IMG/VR virus record: IMGVR_UViG_3300032295_001971
Location: 1-40,032 of that record
Source of the DNA: a virus
Lineage: Duplodnaviria > Caudoviricetes
DNA length: 40,032 nucleotides
Direction: 5' to 3' (one strand)
The translations under genes were made by a program, and so were the position numbers. Below are positions 7,758 through 17,367 of this stretch, one piece after another. Below the pieces are notes generated by a model, which was not told where the DNA came from, did no database searches, and saw only the letters and a program-made list of their open reading frames with translations. How positions within the stretch are numbered: position 1 is the first letter of the stretch; the number at the start of each line of letters is the position of its first letter.

Positions 7758-9410
7758 TTAAATAAGTTCTTTCTTTCTACCCAAATACTCAACCAACAAT
7801 CCTCTATTATATACGCTATATGGAATTCCTATTTCTTTAAACACCTCTTCAATACGATTGATTCTGTCCAACCTATCCCAAGTTGTATTATAATCAGTAT
7901 CAAACATTACCGTGTTTTCATAGTTATAAAATTTATTACCATCAGTTAACCACGACTTTCGTAATGGTTCATGTAATAGGAAAACCGAACACGTTAGTAT
8001 CTCAGCCATTACATCGTGATACTCTTTAATAAATTCAACAGTTCTTTGAAAATCCTCTTCACCTTCGTTTAGGTATCCAATGATAATCTGCATAGCAAAT
8101 AATAGTGGATGCTCATTTTCTTTATTGATTTGCCTTACATTTTCAAAGATTTCTCTAACACCCTCCATATTGTTATACTTTTTCATATGGTCCAATACGG
8201 GTTCGGATGCTGATTCAAATCCTGTAATCATTTTCATCAGTCCAGCTTTACGATATAATCTCATATTATCCAAATCTCTCATAGCAGATTGCAATCTCAT
8301 ATTACCACCCCAAGTTATAAAGCCATCACCCCAACCTCTCTCAATTACCTTTTCACAAAATGCTCTTAACCATTTAGGGTTTCCATTGATAATACTATCG
8401 TGGCAAAAGAAATTGGTTTTACCTTTGTTAATCCAATGCTCAATCTCATCAATAACATTATCTAAATTTCTATATCGGAATTCAGGTATAAAATCAGGCA
8501 CCGAACAAAATGTGCAACGATATGGGCAACCTCTGCTGAATACTAATGGAACGTTATGTTGATATACACTCTTATAATAGTAATTACCTTCTAATGCCGA
8601 ATAATCTGGATATGGTAAAATATCCATATTCACATTCTCCCTCATTCTATTGTGAATGAATACACCATTCAGTTGCCAAACGATACCTTTTATATTCAAT
8701 AAAGATTCTTCAGAAAAATCAGATTTTAATAATTCAACGAATGTCATTTCACCATCACCACGAGAAATTACATCAATAAAAGTATAATCCTTTGTAGTAT
8801 ATTTCGCGTTTGGTAGTTTGCCGAAATCCAAAACTTCAACACCATTACCACCCATAAGGATTTTAATGTGCGGATATTTTTCTTTAACCAATCTAGCCAA
8901 TGCCAACGAAGCATCTATATTACCATCGATTATACTGAATCCTATAAATGCGGTATTTGTTTTCTCAATGTATTTACAAATGAATCCATTGAAAATATCA
9001 TAGATTTCTTGGTATTTGTAAAGTAATTCATACTGCCCTTGCTTTGAATATGTATTGAACATATTAAAGAACTCACCCATTTTATCGGGTGGGTTTAAAA
9101 AGAAATAATCAATGACAGGGTCAATGATTGCTACTCTCAAATCAGGGTGAAATTTATCTATGTAAGATTTTAATCCAACGATGCCCGAATAATATCCCGA
9201 TTCATTTATGTTTGGGACTTGTAATAGTAAACAATCCTGCTCACCTATAGTTTCAAATTCAAACTTATGCTCTATTTGAATCTTACTATTTTTGGCAATG
9301 TTTTGCTGACGAAGAAAAGCTGCTAAGTCTACCTTAACATCTATAACCTCTTTACCAGATTCAATCTGGTTTTGTATTCGTTCATCTGATTTACTTACTT
9401 CATCTAACAT
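7758..9410 (-). CDS. B12-binding-domain radical SAM protein (class B methyltransferase-like)
   Basis: SRGCPYRCTFC (CxxxCxxC), KILMGG, GDGE, GFESAS; ends RKKELI. Confidence 0.85.
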   Translation of the reverse strand: MLDEVSKSDERIQNQIESGKEVIDVKVDLAAFLRQQNIAKNSKIQIEHKFEFETIGEQDCLLLQVPNINESGYYSGIVGLKSYIDKFHPDLRVAIIDPVIDYFFLNPPDKMGEFFNMFNTYSKQGQYELLYKYQEIYDIFNGFICKYIEKTNTAFIGFSIIDGNIDASLALARLVKEKYPHIKILMGGNGVEVLDFGKLPNAKYTTKDYTFIDVISRGDGEMTFVELLKSDFSEESLLNIKGIVWQLNGVFIHNRMRENVNMDILPYPDYSALEGNYYYKSVYQHNVPLVFSRGCPYRCTFCSVPDFIPEFRYRNLDNVIDEIEHWINKGKTNFFCHDSIINGNPKWLRAFCEKVIERGWGDGFITWGGNMRLQSAMRDLDNMRLYRKAGLMKMITGFESASEPVLDHMKKYNNMEGVREIFENVRQINKENEHPLLFAMQIIIGYLNEGEEDFQRTVEFIKEYHDVMAEILTCSVFLLHEPLRKSWLTDGNKFYNYENTVMFDTDYNTTWDRLDRINRIEEVFKEIGIPYSVYNRGLLVEYLGRKKELI

Positions 9411-9412
9411 AC

Positions 9413-9850
9413 TTAGAATGGATTGTTTGGCATTTTGTCTTGTAAAGATATATATACAAATTCTAAAAACTTTTGTGGAGTTTTACAGTCATTTGATGTT
9501 AGTAATATCTTATTCAAATCAAAATCTTCAGTAAGTATTTCAAATACAGGCTTTTTAGTAAAAACTTTATCCGGCTGAGTTACATATCCAATAGGGTGTC
9601 TATTTAATCTGAATTTCATATTACCACTTAATATATCAACCCCATACATTAAATTTATTGTATAATAATCATCAGTTTCTATAACACTACGAACCTTTAT
9701 ATTAGTTTCCCAACTTCCAGGGTTTGGAATAGGTGGATGTTGTAACCCACGTAACTTCTCTATATTTTCTATAGAGAGTATTGGATATGTATCGCCATCA
9801 TTATATTTTACTACTAAATAACTCTGTCCATCAATTTTTACAGAATTCAC
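9413..9850 (-). CDS. hypothetical protein, LTIKN-like family
   Basis: 145 aa; LSIENIEKLRG. Confidence 0.65.
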   Translation of the reverse strand: MNSVKIDGQSYLVVKYNDGDTYPILSIENIEKLRGLQHPPIPNPGSWETNIKVRSVIETDDYYTINLMYGVDILSGNMKFRLNRHPIGYVTQPDKVFTKKPVFEILTEDFDLNKILLTSNDCKTPQKFLEFVYISLQDKMPNNPF

Positions 9851-9853
9851 ACC

Positions 9854-10087
9854 TTACTTCTTTTTGTTACGTTTTAATTTCTTCTCTTCGATTGAAATTT
9901 CTTCAGAAGTGGTTTCAACTACAACTTCAGCTTTTTTAGGTTTGCGAGTTACTAATTTCCATTCTGATTTTGGAACGAATTTCCAATAACCACCCTTTAC
10001 TCTTTCATCCGCTTCTACATCAGTAATTCTACGGATTTCATCCAATTCGTAACCTTTGGCTACTTTGATACATTTAATACACTTCAT
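9854..10087 (-). CDS. small basic hypothetical protein
   Basis: 77 aa; WKFVPKSEWK. Confidence 0.65.
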   Translation of the reverse strand: MKCIKCIKVAKGYELDEIRRITDVEADERVKGGYWKFVPKSEWKLVTRKPKKAEVVVETTSEEISIEEKKLKRNKKK

Positions 10088-10137
10088 AGTTTTTCTCCAT
10101 GTTTATTTGTTAATTAATCGTTTTTATGATTTAGATA

Positions 10138-10623
10138 TTACCAAGATGATTGATAGTAAATTTCTCCGGTAAAATATTCTTTACCATCTTTGGTTTTGTA
10201 GGTTTCTTTTAGTAATCCCTCCAATACTTCAATCGTATAATCAATATCGTTGAAATACCATTCATCATATTCAACATTACCAAAAAAGAATCCACTAGCT
10301 GATGGTAGTAATTCTTCGGCTTTAGAATTATCATCCTTAACTTGCTTACATGCATCCAATAGATTCATTACATCATCTATTCCAACATAGTATTCCTTAC
10401 AATCATCCACACCATCTTGAACATTCTGAACGAACCAATTGTGGATTTGGTTAGCTTTACGCCAATATGCAACTTCCTCTTCAATATACTTTACACGAGA
10501 GGATTTAATCGATTCATACTCATTACCACCTTTAGTAACAGTTACTTCAAACTTTTCTTCAGCGGATTGATGATCCCATTGCTTCACATAAGTTTTTTTA
10601 CTTAAATACATGTCTAGTCCCAT
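10138..10623 (-). CDS. phage hypothetical protein
   Basis: MGLDMYL...YWRKANQIHNWF...LLP..SGFFFG...YQSSW pattern recalled from phage proteins. Confidence 0.75.
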   Translation of the reverse strand: MGLDMYLSKKTYVKQWDHQSAEEKFEVTVTKGGNEYESIKSSRVKYIEEEVAYWRKANQIHNWFVQNVQDGVDDCKEYYVGIDDVMNLLDACKQVKDDNSKAEELLPSASGFFFGNVEYDEWYFNDIDYTIEVLEGLLKETYKTKDGKEYFTGEIYYQSSW

Positions 10624-10644
10624 AATCTTAATTTTTATTGTTTT

Positions 10645-10944
10645 TTAATTTATATTAATGTTAATGTATTCTGATTCTTTATACATACGTTTTGCTTCAG
10701 CTTCTTCCCTCCAATTGTTGATAACCCACAATGCGGATTCTTTATCTTTAAGTGGATATTGACCGGGTTGCCATACTTTGAAAGGTAATGGAAAACGTCT
10801 AATTCTAGCCCAAACTCTTTGTTGTGGTTGATACATTTTAGTTCCATTATCTACCCAAATGTGAATACGATATTTAGGTTTGGCGTTAACTTCTAATGCT
10901 ATCACTCCCAATAGAATTAGAACCATCACTTTAATTTTGCTCAT
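10645..10944 (-). CDS. hypothetical protein with signal-peptide-like N-terminus
   Basis: MSKIKVMVLILLGVIALEVNA; the track start at 10950 lies inside the promoter -7 box. Confidence 0.6.
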   Translation of the reverse strand: MSKIKVMVLILLGVIALEVNAKPKYRIHIWVDNGTKMYQPQQRVWARIRRFPLPFKVWQPGQYPLKDKESALWVINNWREEAEAKRMYKESEYINININ

Positions 10945-10947
10945 ACA

Positions 10948-10979
10948 CAAATATACGAATAATTTTTGGATTTACCAAG
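10948..10979 (-). promoter_or_regulatory. Bacteroidota-type promoter
   Basis: CTTG-N20-TATATTTG (TAnnTTTG consensus). Confidence 0.7.
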
Positions 10980-11026
10980 CATTTATATAATTATTATTTG
11001 CTTATAGTTTATTGAAAATCAATATA

Positions 11027-11335
11027 TTATACTACTTTAAGTAATTTTTCCATTTGCTCTATTAAGGTATTGGGTGAAATCAATTTATCCCTATCTAACA
11101 TTCTTCTCAACGGAGTTGCATGTGGTAATGGTGAACCACCATCTTGCAGATCCCAACACCACAATTCATATTCAACGCCTATTGGATTCCTTTCTAAATT
11201 AATTTGTATTTGATGCCTTCTATTGTAAATATATAATTTGAATAGGTATGTTGAACTTAGTGTTTCTATTTTACCAATACGCCATTCGTTAACATCACGT
11301 TTCCAAATTTTTGTAATGTTTTTTATGGTTAACAT
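11027..11335 (-). CDS. hypothetical protein, LTIKN family
   Basis: 102 aa; MLTIKNITKI. Confidence 0.65.
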   Translation of the reverse strand: MLTIKNITKIWKRDVNEWRIGKIETLSSTYLFKLYIYNRRHQIQINLERNPIGVEYELWCWDLQDGGSPLPHATPLRRMLDRDKLISPNTLIEQMEKLLKVV

Positions 11336-11336
11336 A

Positions 11337-11999
11337 TTATTTGTGTTTTTCTAATTCAGATAGAAAATCTTTAAATGTTTCTACCAATTGGTCATTTTCT
11401 TTAATGGCATCAATAAGTTCGGCAACAGCTTTAGTATAATCAATTGTAGTTCCACTATTCTTTACAGTGTTTATTATCCCACTACCGGAAAATGAATGGG
11501 ATGCTGGCATTACAATGGTTGAAAAAGTTTTATCATTTAATACTACCAGTTTATCTACCATATCTTCAAACAAAGTTCTGAATCCTTTTATAGATGACAT
11601 CATATCTTTATTTGCTGATACATTAACTTTATTATTAGATTCTAAATCCAATAGTATAATTTTGAATTCATCGTATCCCAACTTAAATGCGGGAGTATCT
11701 GCTATAACAGTCAATTTACATTTTGGTTTTTGTGGTAAGTTTAAATTTAATACATCAGCCATATATTTGGTTTCCCCGGCATTATGTATTGGATTAACTA
11801 TCGTATATCCTTTGTATGTAAACCCATATATCTTCTCCCAACCTTTTATTTTCATAGGTGAAACTTTTTCTACTTGCGATTTGTATTTGAAATTCGATAA
11901 ATGACATGCTAAATGATCAAAACCAATTAGGTATTCATAATCTACATCTTCAGTAGATTTATTACATATACTACATATACTCAAAATATTTGGATTCAT
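11337..11999 (-). CDS. hypothetical protein with N-terminal Zn-finger-like motif
   Basis: CSIC...HLAC, then MKIKGWEKIYG. Confidence 0.65.
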   Translation of the reverse strand: MNPNILSICSICNKSTEDVDYEYLIGFDHLACHLSNFKYKSQVEKVSPMKIKGWEKIYGFTYKGYTIVNPIHNAGETKYMADVLNLNLPQKPKCKLTVIADTPAFKLGYDEFKIILLDLESNNKVNVSANKDMMSSIKGFRTLFEDMVDKLVVLNDKTFSTIVMPASHSFSGSGIINTVKNSGTTIDYTKAVAELIDAIKENDQLVETFKDFLSELEKHK

Positions 12000-12547
12000 T
12001 AATTTATATTTTCAGGCATAGTAAATACATTTTGTTTTTCTTCTTTATTTTGTATAATACGAATTGATTGTATTTGTGCTAAATCGGTTAGAGTTACTTT
12101 TTCTACTCTAATTCCCCATCGTTTAACGAATGAGCTAACTTTTCTTGTAAGAATAGAATCTAATTCATATATGCTATCCCATCGGGTATCTTCTATAATT
12201 TGTCTAATGATACCCTGTGTTGTATCAATCAAAACATCATGCGGTTGTGATATTGTGGTTAAATAAGTTTTAACATCATCAACTTTGTATCTTATTATAC
12301 CTTTTACAACAATATTTTTACCATCCGCAGTTGTAATTGATTGAGGATTCATATCTATTGATTGAGTTATAATAATAGTCTCCCAAACAGAATCAAAAAA
12401 TGGTATTTTAAAATGTATACCTGGCTTTATTAGTTTTTTAAACTTACCAAATCTTAGTATTAATGCCTCATTCCAATGTTCAATTATTACAAATGGAAGT
12501 AAATCTTTCCAAAATCTTGTTATAAATTCTAAAATTCTATCAAACAT
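11999..12547 (-). CDS. SPFH/Band 7 domain protein
   Basis: RFGKFKKLIKPGIHFKIPFFD, QSITTADG, WGIRVEKVTLTD. Confidence 0.9.
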   Translation of the reverse strand: MFDRILEFITRFWKDLLPFVIIEHWNEALILRFGKFKKLIKPGIHFKIPFFDSVWETIIITQSIDMNPQSITTADGKNIVVKGIIRYKVDDVKTYLTTISQPHDVLIDTTQGIIRQIIEDTRWDSIYELDSILTRKVSSFVKRWGIRVEKVTLTDLAQIQSIRIIQNKEEKQNVFTMPENIN

Positions 12548-12558
12548 AATTTTTAATT

Positions 12559-12777
12559 TTATCCTATGTATTCATCTTTAAAATCAATATCATCCAATAA
12601 AGTTGTTGGTTTTTTACCTTTACCTCGCAATGCATCCACCAATTTTTTCAACATACCTTTACGTTTACCCAATTTATCTGCACTATGCCCTTCATTGGTT
12701 TCCATTCTGAATAATCTTTTTTGTAATTGATTTAACTTATTCACTAATTTACCTTTATCTAATTTATTCTTGCTCAT
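12559..12777 (-). CDS. basic hypothetical protein
   Basis: 72-aa ORF. Confidence 0.6.
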   Translation of the reverse strand: MSKNKLDKGKLVNKLNQLQKRLFRMETNEGHSADKLGKRKGMLKKLVDALRGKGKKPTTLLDDIDFKDEYIG

Positions 12778-12784
12778 AGTTGTT

Positions 12785-13045
12785 TTAGTTTAAAATTTCA
12801 TCTATATCAATGTTCAATTCGTTTAATTGAGCATGTATTCTATCAAATACCATATTCAATACTTCATAGTTGCTAACTTCCCCACCTTTAATATCAATAC
12901 CTTCCAATTCATAACCAATTCGTTTCTTTAAATTGTATGATATTTCGTGCAATGCTATAGCCATATCGGTTGCTTTAACAGCTCTTTTATGTGCCATCAC
13001 ATCATCTGGTTCATTCAAATCAAATTCTAGTATTCCCTTTGCCAT
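12785..13045 (-). CDS. hypothetical phage protein
   Basis: 86 aa; MAKGILEFDLNEPDD. Confidence 0.65.
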   Translation of the reverse strand: MAKGILEFDLNEPDDVMAHKRAVKATDMAIALHEISYNLKKRIGYELEGIDIKGGEVSNYEVLNMVFDRIHAQLNELNIDIDEILN

Positions 13046-13058
13046 ATTATTTTATATT

Positions 13059-14168
13059 TTATTCGTAACTATTTCTATCAATGTTAATCACAAAAGGAAA
13101 ACGAGGTATCCCATCCGGTGTTAAATTGAAATACTTAATCGTTGCTTGCTTACCTATTAGTTTCTTTTTACTCTTTAACATTTCAGCCGTTTCATCCCAT
13201 GTCCCTTTCACATTTGATTTGAATGGTTTACCTTCTACCGTTTCAAATACCATATAACCAGCAGTTCCGCTACGATTGCCCTCACCTTCCACAATATCCA
13301 AAATTTGATATTCCTCATCGATAAATGATTTATGTTTTAATAAACTCTTACTACGTTTGTTTTCATACTTACCATTCATTCGTAACATCTGCCCTTCAAA
13401 TCCTTTATCAACATACTGACCATATAATTCCATTACTTCAGCTTCACTATTACAAACATCAGTATCAACATTAATACAATGCTTAGTAAAGTAACTCCAT
13501 TCCATAAATAAATCATATAAAGCCTGACTTCTCATTTGGAATGTATCATCTTCATTTGGTAAATCATATATCCAATACTGAATGTTCTTTTTACTATCTG
13601 CTAAATCTTCAGCAGTTGGTTTAGTTCGTTTAACCAATGATACAATTTTATTGAAATCATTAGCGAACTTATCAGCGTATAACTCACCATCAAATATCAA
13701 TTGAGGATTGGTTTCAAATAGTGGTTTCAATGATTCATAAATGTGTGGTGCTGAAATGATTGGTTTACCATTTCTACTAAACATACCATCCTTAGTTACA
13801 ATACAACGAATACCATCCAACTTAGGTTGTGAAAAGATTGGATATTGAATTTTATCTTTATAGTCCTCCCACTTAGCTGCCAACATAGGCTCAAAGTATT
13901 GTTGCTCATTAATGCTATTCACATCTTCAAAGTAACCACTCTCTAATTTCTTTGTTCTCTTAGCTACTGCTTCAGCCATTGCTTGCTCATTATCAGTAGT
14001 TGCGTTTGCTCTACCTATATTCTTACCATAAACTACAGTCCATGCGTTTGTAGTAATCTGTCCACCAACTTGTCCACTATGAGTTCGGTATTTATTGTCC
14101 GATACTTCGATTGTCCACTCTTGAGTTGCCCCAGTCTTTGTTTTCTTATAAATTGTTTCTAACTTCAT
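13059..14168 (-). CDS. ATP-dependent DNA ligase
   Basis: Motif I QPKLDGIRC, FSRNGK, FDGELY, IYDL, EGQMLR, LLKHK, C-terminal OB fold with PRFP. Confidence 0.93.
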   Translation of the reverse strand: MKLETIYKKTKTGATQEWTIEVSDNKYRTHSGQVGGQITTNAWTVVYGKNIGRANATTDNEQAMAEAVAKRTKKLESGYFEDVNSINEQQYFEPMLAAKWEDYKDKIQYPIFSQPKLDGIRCIVTKDGMFSRNGKPIISAPHIYESLKPLFETNPQLIFDGELYADKFANDFNKIVSLVKRTKPTAEDLADSKKNIQYWIYDLPNEDDTFQMRSQALYDLFMEWSYFTKHCINVDTDVCNSEAEVMELYGQYVDKGFEGQMLRMNGKYENKRSKSLLKHKSFIDEEYQILDIVEGEGNRSGTAGYMVFETVEGKPFKSNVKGTWDETAEMLKSKKKLIGKQATIKYFNLTPDGIPRFPFVINIDRNSYE

Positions 14169-14188
14169 ATCTTATTTTATTACTTTTA

Positions 14189-14740
14189 TTAATAATTAAC
14201 CACAACCCAATTAGATGGATTAGCTACCTTAATCACATACTTAGCATCTGAATATCGTTTACCTTCTTTAGCTATGTATCTTTGTGTTTTACGATTCTTA
14301 TACGGCGTTCTTAGGTTATTCAATATATGTGAGAAACTATTTGAACCACCCGTAAGGATTTTGTAATACCTTTCCAAATCACCATGCGATACTGCTCCTC
14401 TATTATCTACATAATCTAAAAGAGCTTGTGTAATATAACCACGTTGTTTTAATTTCTTTAAGTGGTTATCGTAATCATCACTAACCGATGTAAATGGTTC
14501 AACTATAGGTAAACTAGTAAACATATGTGAAGCATCCTCATCAGCTTCTTCATTACTCACATAGTAAGTTGAAGATTCAATTTCTTCATCAATAGCTTCT
14601 TCAGCTATCTTACTATTTAATTCATCATACAACTTATTCAATAAAGATACATTCAAATCTTTATCACACATAATACCCTTAGAGGCGGTAATTCCCAACG
14701 AATAGATTAACTCGTTCAATTCTTTAATACTTAGATTCAT
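14189..14740 (-). CDS. hypothetical protein (start revised to MNLSIKEL)
   Basis: The track start at 14785 lies inside the promoter at 14763-14794; next suitable ATG with an A-rich leader is at 14740. Confidence 0.65.
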   Translation of the reverse strand: MNLSIKELNELIYSLGITASKGIMCDKDLNVSLLNKLYDELNSKIAEEAIDEEIESSTYYVSNEEADEDASHMFTSLPIVEPFTSVSDDYDNHLKKLKQRGYITQALLDYVDNRGAVSHGDLERYYKILTGGSNSFSHILNNLRTPYKNRKTQRYIAKEGKRYSDAKYVIKVANPSNWVVVNY

Positions 14741-14762
14741 ATTTTTCAGTTTTATTACATAG

Positions 14763-14794
14763 TAAAGATCTGAAAAAGTTTCCATATTACCAAA
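14763..14794 (-). promoter_or_regulatory. promoter, GATCTTTA variant
   Basis: TTTG-N20-GATCTTTA-CTATGTAATAA. Confidence 0.7.
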
Positions 14795-15191
14795 AATCTT
14801 TGGAAGTATTTTTGTCCGATTTTGGGGTGTTTTTAGGGGGTTTCTTATCTTTTTCCATAGTTACCACCTCTTTTGGATTAAACTCCGATTTTGGGGTGTT
14901 TTTGGGTGGTTTTGGGGTAGTTTTTGGGGTCTTTTTATCCCTTTTTTCCTTAACTTTATCCAATGCTAAATGCATTTCAGCCAACTGCCCATATTTCTTT
15001 TGAGCTGCAGCTAACTTTGTTTTTTCCTTATAGTTTTTTAAGTATTCAGCAGAGTATTTTTGTTCAACTGAAATAGGTCCGTTTGGGAACTTATCCAAAT
15101 CATATTTCCATATTGATTCACTCCCATCTTCATCTTTATAAACTACTTCAAATTTGCGTGGTTTTTCTATAGGTGTTTTTGATATTGCCAT
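14787..15191 (-). CDS. hypothetical protein with K/T/P-rich tail
   Basis: 134 aa; PPKNTPKS twice; 20-bp direct repeat at 14815-14834 and 14884-14903. Confidence 0.65.
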   Translation of the reverse strand: MAISKTPIEKPRKFEVVYKDEDGSESIWKYDLDKFPNGPISVEQKYSAEYLKNYKEKTKLAAAQKKYGQLAEMHLALDKVKEKRDKKTPKTTPKPPKNTPKSEFNPKEVVTMEKDKKPPKNTPKSDKNTSKDFW

Positions 15192-15209
15192 AACATACCT
15201 TTATACCTA

Positions 15210-15241
15210 CAAATATACGAAATTGTTTTCATACTACCAAA
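15210..15241 (-). promoter_or_regulatory. Bacteroidota-type promoter
   Basis: TTTG-N20-TATATTTG. Confidence 0.75.
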
Positions 15242-15242
15242 T

Positions 15243-16307
15243 CTAAATTAAACTTTTTTTAATATCCATAAGTTCATACATATTGTGAAATACATAAGGA
15301 TTGGTAGCCACCTTTTTAAATTCTTCTAAAAATAATTGATGTTCGGGATGGGTAGGTGACCATATTTGTAGTAGTTTGAATGTTTCATCACTAAAAGTTC
15401 CCCAATTGGTTATTTTTCCAAAAAAAACCTTAACTCTATTATCAAATATAGATTGCATTATATTTAAGAAATCTACCATTTCCATATAATTTGTTTGCTG
15501 AACTACGAATGAACATTTTATAGATTCCAATTCTTTAATAGTTGATATGAATTTTAGATTAGATACCAAACTATCCCAATTACCACCCAACCTAGTTACA
15601 TTGTCATATGTATGTTTAGTTGCTGCATCTATACTTATCTCACAACTTTTAACATAGGGATGAATTGCTTTCATACTATCCCACATTTCCGAATTCCATA
15701 AACTAGCATTAGTATGCAGATGTATTGATTTTAAATTCGGATATTTCTTTGGATTGAAATTTCTTAAATAATTTCTATATGATACGGATGCAAATGGGTC
15801 TGCTGTACCTGAACAATATATTGTTTCTATTGAATTCGAATATGCATTTTCTATTTCTTCTATAGTAAGATTTACACTTTTTATCTTATCACTATTTGCA
15901 ACAATCATATCTACTCTACACGATGGGCATTTATAATTACAACTTCTATCAAATGACATTTGAATTATCTTAGGCCCATTATCCAACACACCATTTTGAG
16001 TTTCGTAACTTTGTTTCATTAACCCACTTAATTTATCTTTATGTAGTATTGGGCTAGAATTATTTGTGTTTAATGATATTAATTTTGATAAGAATGGACA
16101 TTGTTGTTTATCACAATATCTATATGAACCATCCATTACTGATTTTCGTATTTCAATAGCTTCATCGGAATTCCATAAATCTTTAATAGGAACTCCATTT
16201 GGTAATTCTTTTAGTAACCAACTAGCACAACACATATAGTTACGATTTTCCATTATTTCTAATGCTTCAAATGGAACACTACATATGTAATTTTTTAAAT
16301 CAACCAC
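15243..16307 (-). CDS. radical SAM protein with N-terminal SPASM/twitch-like Cys domain
   Basis: CSVPF..MCC..LWNS..CDKQQCP, then CNYKCPSC, HTNA, ISIDAA; ends KKSLI. Confidence 0.85.
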   Translation of the reverse strand: MVDLKNYICSVPFEALEIMENRNYMCCASWLLKELPNGVPIKDLWNSDEAIEIRKSVMDGSYRYCDKQQCPFLSKLISLNTNNSSPILHKDKLSGLMKQSYETQNGVLDNGPKIIQMSFDRSCNYKCPSCRVDMIVANSDKIKSVNLTIEEIENAYSNSIETIYCSGTADPFASVSYRNYLRNFNPKKYPNLKSIHLHTNASLWNSEMWDSMKAIHPYVKSCEISIDAATKHTYDNVTRLGGNWDSLVSNLKFISTIKELESIKCSFVVQQTNYMEMVDFLNIMQSIFDNRVKVFFGKITNWGTFSDETFKLLQIWSPTHPEHQLFLEEFKKVATNPYVFHNMYELMDIKKSLI

Positions 16308-16804
16308 TATAGTAACTTATTTTTATAATCGGATTTATTTCCTTTTCTCAATCTATCATTGCTATTGACATCAAATATATCTTCATAATATGATATTGGA
16401 ACATTAATTTTTTCCGATAATATATTCAATTCAGTATTCCATTTTATTATATCATCATAGCAAACTTTAAATACAGAATCAATTACATTCTCATAGTAGT
16501 ATGGATTGTTTGAATTGTAATTTTTTACTTTTGAAAAGTATGTTTGATATGCATGCGATTCTGCACACTCTAATAGGTTTCTTCTCGATAATAATACAAC
16601 TTCATCAAATTCTTTAGATAGTTTTAAATTATTTGAATGATGCGATATTATTGTTTTGACAACTACATTTGATTCACCATTGTATTTAACCCTATTACTT
16701 CCATCAAATGGTTCAAATAATGGTGTTAACCCTTTTTCACTTGCTAATTTGTATAGCAAAGAAGTTGAACCTGTTCTTGGTAAAGATATTATTAACACGC
16801 TCAT
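16307..16804 (-). CDS. sulfotransferase-like protein
   Basis: SLPRTGSTSL (5'-PAPS-loop-like), FEPF, LSRRN..E.AES, YYED. Confidence 0.7.
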   Translation of the reverse strand: MSVLIISLPRTGSTSLLYKLASEKGLTPLFEPFDGSNRVKYNGESNVVVKTIISHHSNNLKLSKEFDEVVLLSRRNLLECAESHAYQTYFSKVKNYNSNNPYYYENVIDSVFKVCYDDIIKWNTELNILSEKINVPISYYEDIFDVNSNDRLRKGNKSDYKNKLL

Positions 16805-17367
16805 ATAATACTTTTATTAGATTTCAATTTAGGATAATCAAAATCAGTTTCTGTCATCCAAATATTTAAAGCGTATCTAATTCCGGATGTTACAGGTAAA
16901 ACTCCGTGATATGTTTTAGACCCATTAAACGAAATACTATCACCCAATTTTAAATCAAATGTAGAAATACCGTTCAATGTTTGAAAATGGAATGGTGGAT
17001 TATCATCTTCAGTTAGTGCAAATTCACCACCATCATATCCATCTGATAAAACGATAACAGTTGTTAATTCACTTGATATATCTTTATGCAAATTGAGGTA
17101 TCTATTATTATAATATGCAGTTAGACTAATGTTAAAATTTTTTAAATCAAAGTCCTTATAATCAAACCATAAATTAAAATCACCATTTGTAAATTTACTA
17201 GTTAACTTACTGATTATTTTTTCTTTAAATGAATTATCATATATTCTTTTACAATCCCAAACCTCATTTGGATTATACGAAAATGCTTCTCCGTTTTCAA
17301 TACAAAAATGAATTATAGATGTGGCTTCATCTCTATCACAAAAATTATTGTTTATTGAAAAATTCAT
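16801..17367 (-). CDS. 2OG-Fe(II) oxygenase
   Basis: HKD, GYDGGEF, HGVLPV, RYALNIW. Confidence 0.85.
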   Translation of the reverse strand: MNFSINNNFCDRDEATSIIHFCIENGEAFSYNPNEVWDCKRIYDNSFKEKIISKLTSKFTNGDFNLWFDYKDFDLKNFNISLTAYYNNRYLNLHKDISSELTTVIVLSDGYDGGEFALTEDDNPPFHFQTLNGISTFDLKLGDSISFNGSKTYHGVLPVTSGIRYALNIWMTETDFDYPKLKSNKSII

